Assembly (NCBI GenBank): GCA_943323705.2
Contig: CALPIT020000001.1
Coordinates: forward strand, 1 to 32,519
DNA: 32,519 nt
Origin: Streptomyces griseus
Lineage (GTDB): Bacteria; Bacteroidota; Bacteroidia; Chitinophagales; Chitinophagaceae
Direction: 5' to 3'
Shown here one piece after another: positions 8,493-15,951 of this stretch. Under the pieces are notes generated by a model. The model saw only the letters and a program-made list of their open reading frames with translations. It was not told where the DNA came from and searched no databases. The position numbers and the translations under genes were made by a program. Position 1 is the first letter of the stretch. Each line of letters opens with the position of its first letter.

Positions 8493-10427
8493 ATGCGTAA
8501 TTACTTGTTTTTCTTTTACTTTTTAATCCCATCAGCATTAATTGCACAAAATATTCATGATAAAAATTTTGATATTTCAAAACAGGAAGCAAAGGCTCAC
8601 ATTAGGTTATTAAATCATGAGAAGGCTACTTCTGCTTCATCAAATTTTGACATTAACTATTACCGCTGTGAGTGGGAGGTTGATCCAACAATCAGATATA
8701 TTAAAGGAAAAGTGACCGTTTACTTTACTTTATTGACCCAATCAAATTCGGTTTCTTTGGACTTGATGGGTCCATTAGCAGCAGACAGTGTGTTAGCCAA
8801 TAATCAACAGTTGAGTTACACAAATACCAATAACACACTGATAGTCAATTTTTTAAACCAAAAACAGACAGGAGAAAAAGATTCTTTTACTATTTATTAT
8901 CAAGGTGTTCCAGCCACAACAGGATTTGGATCTTTCATTCAAACCAATCATTCTGGTACTCCGGTGATGTGGTCGTTAAGTGAGCCATATGGTTCAAGAG
9001 ACTGGTGGCCTTGTAAAAACGGACTTGATGACAAAGCGGATTCGATAGATATTTACATCACCCACCCTTTTCAATACAAAGCCGCTTCAAATGGCTTGCT
9101 TCAATCTGAAACTGTTTCCCCTGACAGTACGCGAATTACCACTCATTGGAAACATCGTTACCCAATTGCCACATATTTAATTTGCATGGCCATTACCAAC
9201 TACACTGTTTTAAGTAATAGTATTCAGATTGGTAATACCCCATTGCCAATGATTACTTATTGTTATCCTGAAAGTATAGATGTATTTCAGGCGGGAACTC
9301 AAAGCACAGCAGATGCCATGCAACTTTTTCACAACAGTTTTGGACCTTATCCTTTTATCAATGAAAAATATGGTCATGTTCAATTCGGTTGGGGCGGTGG
9401 CATGGAACATCAAACTTCTTCATTTTTGTATAATACTGAGGAATCTTTGGTAGCGCATGAGCTCGCTCATCAATGGTTCGGAAACAAAATCACATGTGCA
9501 TCGTGGGAACATATTTGGTTGAATGAGGGGTTTGCTACTTATATGTCTCGTTTTTATATGGAAAATCAATATCCGCTTACGGCAAGGGATAATCGAAAAT
9601 CAGTGATTGACAATATCACTTCTTTACCTGATGGTTCGGTAAAGGTTGATGACACAACGAATGTGGGTAGAATTTTCAACGGAAGACTTTCTTATAGTAA
9701 AGGCTCTTTTTTGCTCAATATGCTTAGATTGGGGATTGGGGATTCAGCTTTTTTTAAAGCATTAAGAAATTATCTCGAAGATCAGCAATTAAAATACAGA
9801 TATGCATTAACATCAGACTTACAGCATCATCTTGAAAATACCAGCGGTCAGTCCCTTACGCGTTTTTTCCAACAATGGTTTGAGGGGCAAGGTTATCCAT
9901 CTATTCATATACAATGGGGAACAATAGGAAGTCGTAATGTGAAATTCAAAGTCAATCAAACGACATCACATAACTCAGTTCCATTTTTTGAAATGACAGT
10001 TCCTGTAGCTTTTAAAAATGCTGATCATGAAAAAACGATTTTAATCAACAACACGATAAATGATGAATGGTTTTTAAAAGATATCGGGTTTGTTCCGGAC
10101 ACTGTCATCATCGATCAGGATTATCAAATTATCAGCAAAGATAATAGTGCTACAAAAATTGATTTCCCCAATTCCGGAAATGCTGCGGCAGATATATACC
10201 CTAATCCCATCCATGATGCCTTCACTGTTTATTTACATGATTTCAATATCAATGAAGTTAATGTGATTATATATAACAGTATTGGACAAACGCTTTATAA
10301 AAATAAATTCCAGCTAATAAACGGTGCGGAGTATATCAATATCAACAGCAGCAAGTGGTCTCATGGTAACTATACTTTACAAATACTTGCTCAAGGTGTA
10401 AAGCTCACAAAATCATTAATCAAATAG
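8493..10427 (+). CDS. M1 family aminopeptidase with T9SS type A C-terminal domain
   Basis: GGMEH, HELAHQW...WLNEGFATY, YSKG; CTD IYPNP...YNSIGQ...GNY. Confidence 0.95.
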   Translation: MRNYLFFFYFLIPSALIAQNIHDKNFDISKQEAKAHIRLLNHEKATSASSNFDINYYRCEWEVDPTIRYIKGKVTVYFTLLTQSNSVSLDLMGPLAADSVLANNQQLSYTNTNNTLIVNFLNQKQTGEKDSFTIYYQGVPATTGFGSFIQTNHSGTPVMWSLSEPYGSRDWWPCKNGLDDKADSIDIYITHPFQYKAASNGLLQSETVSPDSTRITTHWKHRYPIATYLICMAITNYTVLSNSIQIGNTPLPMITYCYPESIDVFQAGTQSTADAMQLFHNSFGPYPFINEKYGHVQFGWGGGMEHQTSSFLYNTEESLVAHELAHQWFGNKITCASWEHIWLNEGFATYMSRFYMENQYPLTARDNRKSVIDNITSLPDGSVKVDDTTNVGRIFNGRLSYSKGSFLLNMLRLGIGDSAFFKALRNYLEDQQLKYRYALTSDLQHHLENTSGQSLTRFFQQWFEGQGYPSIHIQWGTIGSRNVKFKVNQTTSHNSVPFFEMTVPVAFKNADHEKTILINNTINDEWFLKDIGFVPDTVIIDQDYQIISKDNSATKIDFPNSGNAAADIYPNPIHDAFTVYLHDFNINEVNVIIYNSIGQTLYKNKFQLINGAEYININSSKWSHGNYTLQILAQGVKLTKSLIK

Positions 10428-11188
10428 TGGCCCAAAAAAGAAAATATAAATATCTGTTGATCGTACTTACTTCCCTTTTCTTAATGGGAGTTACAGCAAT
10501 TTATTTTGTTTTCTTTTCTCCCATTAAAAAGAACAGATTGTATTACAGTGATTTTGGCATCTATATTCCTTCAGGATACAATATTCATGGCATAGACGTA
10601 AGTCATTACCAAAGAGGCATAAACTGGGAATTGGTGAAATCAATGAAGAAACAAAATATTCAGATTCAATTTGCCTTTATTAAAGCCACAGAAAGTAATT
10701 ATAAAGTTGATGCCTTCTTTTTCAGAAACTGGAAAGGCTCCAAAGAGAATGGAATTATAAGAGGCGCTTATCATTATTTTGATGCTTCCAATGATGCCAA
10801 ACAACAAGCCATTCTTTTTTCGGAAGTGGTTAGTTTAAAAAAAGGCGATCTTCCTCCCGTAATAGACATTGAAAGTACAAATGGCGTTTCTGATGAAGTG
10901 CTGTGTAAAAAATTACAAACTTGTTTAACATTTACTGAGCAACACTTTGGCATCAAGCCAATCATTTATACCTATGCAGATTTCTATGAAGATCATCTTG
11001 CTGGAAAATTTGACAATTATCCATTATGGATTGCCCATTATACACCCAAAAAAAGTCCAAGAGTAAAACGTCAATGGCATTTCTGGCAACATCATGAAAC
11101 AGGCAGAGTCAATGGAATCAAAGGTCTTGTAGATTTCAACGTATTCAATGGTGATACTACTGCTTTTGAAAATTTATTGATAAACTAA
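10427..11188 (+). CDS. Glycoside hydrolase family 25 muramidase, N-terminal membrane anchor
   Basis: GIDVSHYQ, FIKATE, GAYHYF, PPVIDIE, VDFNVF; GTG start overlaps the upstream TAG. Confidence 0.95.
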   Translation: MAQKRKYKYLLIVLTSLFLMGVTAIYFVFFSPIKKNRLYYSDFGIYIPSGYNIHGIDVSHYQRGINWELVKSMKKQNIQIQFAFIKATESNYKVDAFFFRNWKGSKENGIIRGAYHYFDASNDAKQQAILFSEVVSLKKGDLPPVIDIESTNGVSDEVLCKKLQTCLTFTEQHFGIKPIIYTYADFYEDHLAGKFDNYPLWIAHYTPKKSPRVKRQWHFWQHHETGRVNGIKGLVDFNVFNGDTTAFENLLIN

Positions 11189-11211
11189 TTCATCTGTATT
11201 ATCTTACAGAC

Positions 11212-11430
11212 ATGGGAATGGAAAATGAAACAAGAGATTTTCTGGTATTAATCGCCAACACGATTTCAAAAGTGTTGTTATGGATGATGATTAATGTGTT
11301 TGTTGGTATTTATTTGGGTTATGGATTTTTTGAAGGCAAACCAGATTGGACCAATATTGTATATTATTTTCTTTTCTTAGGCTCACTGTTATTTTTACTC
11401 AAACATCTAAAGAAAACCTGGAATTTGTAA
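11212..11430 (+). CDS. Small membrane protein (2 TM)
   Basis: Two hydrophobic segments; fills the gap between flanking genes. Confidence 0.7.
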   Translation: MGMENETRDFLVLIANTISKVLLWMMINVFVGIYLGYGFFEGKPDWTNIVYYFLFLGSLLFLLKHLKKTWNL

Positions 11431-11859
11431 TTAGCTGCTGTGATCAGCAATAATCAGCCACTTGCCTTTTATTTTTTTCAACAACAAAGTAAAATGGCCT
11501 TGTAAATCACCTACTGTTCTTGTTAGATGCCACTTACCGGTTACATGATAATATTTTCGAGAGAGTTTTTTTATCTGAATAAGATTGAAATTCAATTTAC
11601 CCATCGCTTCCGTATTTGGGTAGCCTTTTTTATAATTATTCAACGTGTTGTTCCAGCCATAAGTAACACCTGATTTTCCAATAAACATCAACGAATCATT
11701 ATTCCAGTATGTTGTCATGAAAGTTTCAATATCTCCTTTGTTCCAGGATGCATCTTGATCATGCAGCAACTTGATTATCTTTTTTTCAGTTTTAGATTGA
11801 GCAATTATGCCTGTTGAAAATAACAACAAGAAAAAAATGGTGACAAGAGATTTGAGCAT
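11431..11859 (-). CDS. NTF2-like / DUF4440 family exported protein
   Basis: WNKGDIETFM.YW, GVTYGW..TL.NYKKGYP, W.IIADHSS end; ATG at 11859 avoids overlap with merC-like gene. Confidence 0.88.
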   Translation of the reverse strand: MLKSLVTIFFLLLFSTGIIAQSKTEKKIIKLLHDQDASWNKGDIETFMTTYWNNDSLMFIGKSGVTYGWNNTLNNYKKGYPNTEAMGKLNFNLIQIKKLSRKYYHVTGKWHLTRTVGDLQGHFTLLLKKIKGKWLIIADHSS

Positions 11860-11864
11860 ACCTA

Positions 11865-12251
11865 TTAATGTTTGTGATGTGGAGAATTGCATTTATTCTT
11901 TGTACACAATCTGTAATTGTTTACATGAGCGGTAATAATCAACAATACAGCAATTGCTAAAAATAAAAATTCGTAAGCAGAAAATTGTTTGGCAATTAAA
12001 AAAACAAACCCAATTAAAAAGATAATGAGGGGTTGAAAAGAATGATGGTGTTTTTTAAACCCATGATACAATGAATAAATACCCACAAAAAAAGCAAGGG
12101 CAATCATGCCCCACTCGAAAGTCGAATTATGAATAATATTGATGCCGAATAATGGTAATGCTGGGAGCAACAATGGCAACAAGCCACAATGTATAGCACA
12201 TAAAACCGAAGTCACAATGCCCATTCCATCCCAGTTTAATTTAATATTCAT
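11865..12251 (-). CDS. MerC domain-containing membrane protein
   Basis: DGMGIVTSVLCAIHC motif, KKHHH, His-rich tail; ATG at 12251 preferred to the ORF-track start. Confidence 0.88.
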   Translation of the reverse strand: MNIKLNWDGMGIVTSVLCAIHCGLLPLLLPALPLFGINIIHNSTFEWGMIALAFFVGIYSLYHGFKKHHHSFQPLIIFLIGFVFLIAKQFSAYEFLFLAIAVLLIITAHVNNYRLCTKNKCNSPHHKH

Positions 12252-12257
12252 GGAGGA

Positions 12258-12336
12258 CAAAGTTATGTATTTTGCAATATCGTTGCAACTTTGTTCTTTA
12301 TTTAGCAGAAAAAAATAACAATGATGATTACCTTTG
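12258..12336. promoter_or_regulatory. Divergent promoters with central palindrome TTGCAA-N5-TTGCAA (12272-12288)
   Basis: TAACTTTG on the minus strand at 12258-12265 and TACCTTTG on the plus strand at 12329-12336; palindrome between them. Confidence 0.65.
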
Positions 12337-12343
12337 TGCCGCA

Positions 12344-13087
12344 ATGATAAATTTTACAAAAAATAAAAAGCTGTTTATCTACCTCGGTTTTTTTTGTGTG
12401 CTTTTACTCCTGTTTTTTTTGGCAATAAAAAATGAGCACCAATTCAGTGATGCTAAACTTGCTGTAATCAACCCGGCCATTCCTGAGTTTTCATTTACCG
12501 ATCAAAATGGCAAAATAATGAGTTCTCAGAAAACAGAAGGCAAAGTTTATGTTGCTGATTTCTTTTTTACCACTTGCAAAGGCATTTGTCCGAAAATGAA
12601 TTTGAACATGAGAAGAATTTATGAAATGTTTAAAGACGAATCTGATTTTCTCATACTATCACATACATGTATGCCAGAAACAGACAGTGTCAAAGTTTTA
12701 AAACAGTACGAATCGAGAATGTTATCAGGTGAGATGTTTCAAATTAATGACGGTACTTATAAATTGAAAAACAATTATGACAGTGCGGTAATATCTGATA
12801 ATAAAAAATGGTTTTTCCTTACCGGTGATAAATCTCAATTATATAAAATGGCACGCCAAGGTTATATGATTGACAATGGAAAACCCGACAGCACACAAAG
12901 AATAGAAAATCAATTTATTCATACCCAGTTTTTTGCTTTGGTTGACAGATACGGAAGGGTAAGAGGCATTTATGATGGATTGATAGAAGACGAAGTGACA
13001 AAATTGATGATTGATATTCCTGAACTCATGAAAGAAAAAGTAGACCACACAAGATTTCTCAACGGATTCAGCAACACACCTAATTAA
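12344..13087 (+). CDS. SCO family copper chaperone
   Basis: ADFFFTTCKGICPKM (CxxxC), FIHTQ His ligand, N-terminal TM; ATG at 12344. Confidence 0.95.
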   Translation: MINFTKNKKLFIYLGFFCVLLLLFFLAIKNEHQFSDAKLAVINPAIPEFSFTDQNGKIMSSQKTEGKVYVADFFFTTCKGICPKMNLNMRRIYEMFKDESDFLILSHTCMPETDSVKVLKQYESRMLSGEMFQINDGTYKLKNNYDSAVISDNKKWFFLTGDKSQLYKMARQGYMIDNGKPDSTQRIENQFIHTQFFALVDRYGRVRGIYDGLIEDEVTKLMIDIPELMKEKVDHTRFLNGFSNTPN

Positions 13088-13503
13088 TGAAAGAAGCGCT
13101 GGAAATATTAAAACGAAATAGTCTAAGCATTACCGATAGCAGAAAAATAATTCTCGAACTTTTTCTGAAAACGGAAGGCGCTTTGGCTCATGCTGATATT
13201 GAAAAAAATACGGCTGTCAATTTCGACAGGGTTACTGTTTACAGAACATTACAGACTTTCACAGAAAATGGAATTATCCATCAAATTCCTACAACAGACA
13301 ACACGATACTTTACGCCTTATGTAAAGACAAATGTGAAGCAGGCCATCATCACGATGAGCATGTGCATTTTATATGTGTGAATTGCGAAAAAACAATCTG
13401 TATGGATGATGTTGTCGTTCCTCAAGTAAAACTCCCTAAAGGCTTTATTCCTTTGCAAACTGCAATGGTTGTAAAAGGAACTTGTAACGATTGTAAAAAC
13501 TAA
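13087..13503 (+). CDS. Fur family transcriptional regulator (Zur-like)
   Basis: DRVTVYRTL, HHHDEHVHFICVNC, GTCNDC; TAATG coupling to the SCO gene. Confidence 0.93.
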   Translation: MKEALEILKRNSLSITDSRKIILELFLKTEGALAHADIEKNTAVNFDRVTVYRTLQTFTENGIIHQIPTTDNTILYALCKDKCEAGHHHDEHVHFICVNCEKTICMDDVVVPQVKLPKGFIPLQTAMVVKGTCNDCKN

Positions 13504-15212
13504 GCCATTTCAGATTTCACAAACTCCATCAGTACTTTAATTTTTTCAGGAGAGAAATCGAATGAAAGACCGGCTGTCTCATACAATTCTGGTAGTGTTT
13601 TTGTGCCACCCAAGCTTAAAGCATTACAATAATTCTCAATTGCCGTTTCTTTATTTTTCTTGAATTGCATCCACATGCCGATGGCGCCCAATTGTGCAAT
13701 GCCATATTCTATGTAGTAAAAGGGAACCTCATAAAGGTGTAATTGTCTTTGCCAAGCATTGCTTCTGTAACTGTCAAGTCCACTGAAATCAATCACTTCA
13801 TCAGTAAACTCTTTTAAAATTGAAACCCAGGCATCCGTTCTTTCCTGATGCGTATGAACAGGATGTTGATACAACCAATACTGAAATTTATCAATGATGG
13901 CAATCCATGGGAAAATGGTAATCACTCTTTCCAATTGGTGTTCTTTTGCTCTTTGCAAATCGTCATCATTATCAAAAAAGCTATTCCAGTAATCCATGCT
14001 GAACAATTCCATAGCCATACTTGCCACTTCAGCAATTTCCATTGGATATTCTTTGAATCCGCTGAGTTCGAGATGGTGAGCTAAGAATGAATGCACCGCA
14101 TGCCCGCCTTCGTGAACCATTGTGGTGACATCGTGCATTTGTCCGGCTGCATTCATGAAAATAAAAGGCGCTCCACTTTCAGCTAACGGGCAATTGTAGC
14201 CGCCGGGCGCTTTGCCTTGTCTACTTTCTAAATCAAGATGATTTAACTCTTTCATTTTAGAAAGACAATCGGCAAAGAAAGGATTGAGTTGTTGAAAACA
14301 AGCGATTGATTTCTGCAGCAACTCCTCTCCTGTTTTGAATGGTCTTAATGGTGAAATGCCTTCTGGCTCTGCTTCTAGATCCCATGGTCTTAATTGCTCA
14401 ACACCGAGAGCCGCTTTTTTCTTTTTATAAATTTCATTAACCAAAGGAAGAATATGCAATTTCACCGCTTCATGAAATTTAAAGCAATCATCTTTTTTGT
14501 AATCAAAACGACCTAGTTCTTTAAAACGATAATCTATATAACTTTCAAAGCCTGCGTTGATTGCGGTTGTATTTCTGATAGAAACTAGTTTGTCAAAAAG
14601 TTCATCCAGTTTTTGTTTATCCTGTAATCTTCTTTGTTGGATTTTATGATAAACTTCTTCTCTTAATTTTCTATCGTGACTTTGTAGAAATTTACCTGCT
14701 TGTTGTAATGTGTAAGTTTTGCCATCAACATCAATAGTCATGGCGCCTGTTATTTGCCCGTATTGTTGTTGTAATACAGCCACTTCAGCTTGTAGAGGTA
14801 TATTCTCTTCTCTGAATAATTCGATGCTCTTTTTTACATTTCTCAGATAAGTGAAATATTTGTTTGCATCCAGCAATTGAAGAGATGGAGCAGCCAATAA
14901 TTTTTTATTCAGCAAATCAGCGTAAGGCTGTATTTGAGGTTGAATTTCGAGACAGAAAAAATTGAATGATTCTTCAAGTTCTTTGTTTTGGGTATCGCAG
15001 GTCATTTTTATTTGACGCCAGCAAGCATCTTCACTGATAGCAGCTTCCAATTCACTTTGATCCAAAAGCCATTTTTCAAGTGCAGGAACAGTAGCAATAT
15101 CTCTTTCCAATAACTCTTTAAAGTAAGGCTCTAAACTGTTCCATTCTGTTACTATAAAATCAGTCGGTAAATAGTGACGGGCTGTTTTTTGAATGTCTGC
15201 TGTGTACGTCAT
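13500..15212 (-). CDS. M3 family oligoendopeptidase (PepF-like)
   Basis: GKAPGGYN, HEGGHAVH, EIAEVASM, FYYIEY. Confidence 0.95.
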   Translation of the reverse strand: MTYTADIQKTARHYLPTDFIVTEWNSLEPYFKELLERDIATVPALEKWLLDQSELEAAISEDACWRQIKMTCDTQNKELEESFNFFCLEIQPQIQPYADLLNKKLLAAPSLQLLDANKYFTYLRNVKKSIELFREENIPLQAEVAVLQQQYGQITGAMTIDVDGKTYTLQQAGKFLQSHDRKLREEVYHKIQQRRLQDKQKLDELFDKLVSIRNTTAINAGFESYIDYRFKELGRFDYKKDDCFKFHEAVKLHILPLVNEIYKKKKAALGVEQLRPWDLEAEPEGISPLRPFKTGEELLQKSIACFQQLNPFFADCLSKMKELNHLDLESRQGKAPGGYNCPLAESGAPFIFMNAAGQMHDVTTMVHEGGHAVHSFLAHHLELSGFKEYPMEIAEVASMAMELFSMDYWNSFFDNDDDLQRAKEHQLERVITIFPWIAIIDKFQYWLYQHPVHTHQERTDAWVSILKEFTDEVIDFSGLDSYRSNAWQRQLHLYEVPFYYIEYGIAQLGAIGMWMQFKKNKETAIENYCNALSLGGTKTLPELYETAGLSFDFSPEKIKVLMEFVKSEMA

Positions 15213-15291
15213 AATAAATGTTTGTCAAAAGAATATTCCCCAGTATCAGCCTTAAAGCCAAAGCTAGGGAATAGTGTTACATTAATATCAG

Positions 15292-15311
15292 AAAAAAACC
15301 GCCAAAGGCGG
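15292..15311 (-). terminator. Rho-independent terminator after the DUF5606 gene
   Basis: Minus strand CCGCC-ttt-GGCGG-TTTTTTT. Confidence 0.7.
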
Positions 15312-15339
15312 AATTTATTTTTTAATCAGAAGACAGTTA

Positions 15340-15858
15340 TTACGCCATCTTTCTAGGTGTATTGATTTTCTTTGCCGGTGCGTTTTTAACTGCAGCAGTT
15401 TTAGGTGCAGACTTTGATGCAGTTGCTGTTTTTTTCTCAGCAACTTGTTCAGCAGGCATATCTTCACTACCTTCTTCAGACAATTTGATGTCAATGTTGT
15501 TTTTGGCAAGAATTTCGAACCATTTTACCATCTTTTTCATGTCGCTGCCATAAACACGTTGAAAGTCCATTTGAGGAAAAACTTTTTCAAAATATGCTTT
15601 TACCAATTTAGCGTCATTGGCTTCAGGCATAGCTTCGGTGCTAGACTTCATAGCATTAAAAACATCAACTAGATTTACGTTTTCTGCTGTTGTATAAATT
15701 TCTATACTTTCCAAATGAGAAAAACTATGTGCTCTGTTGCTTACAAATTTGGTACTTTTGTCCTCTAAAGAACGAACCAAGCCACCATCGGCTTTAGAAG
15801 ATATCAATTCAAACAAACCGCTAAGCCCGGTAACAGCTACTAATTTTTTGTACTCCAT
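15340..15858 (-). CDS. DUF5606 domain-containing protein
   Basis: LVAVTGLSGLF, LESIEIYT, RVYGSDMKKMVKW and a K/A-rich tail, typical of this Bacteroidetes family. Confidence 0.85.
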   Translation of the reverse strand: MEYKKLVAVTGLSGLFELISSKADGGLVRSLEDKSTKFVSNRAHSFSHLESIEIYTTAENVNLVDVFNAMKSSTEAMPEANDAKLVKAYFEKVFPQMDFQRVYGSDMKKMVKWFEILAKNNIDIKLSEEGSEDMPAEQVAEKKTATASKSAPKTAAVKNAPAKKINTPRKMA

Positions 15859-15951
15859 AATCGTAATAAATTTGAGGTCGCAAGATAATTCTTTAAGTTC
15901 AAAATAAAATACTCTTTACTATTTAAATATATGCAAAATAAATCCCGGAAT

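Noticed and set aside
10427-11430. GH25 muramidase plus small 2-TM protein as a phage endolysin-holin cassette
   Set aside because: No phage genes nearby; membrane-anchored GH25 genes are ordinary chromosomal genes in Bacteroidetes
11865-12344. Apparent head-to-head overlap of the merC-like and SCO ORFs
   Set aside because: Artefact of the longest-ORF starts; ATGs at 12251 and 12344 leave a normal promoter spacer
13500-13503. Overlapping convergent stop codons (also abutting stops at 11430/11431)
   Set aside because: Common in compact genomes; no further signal
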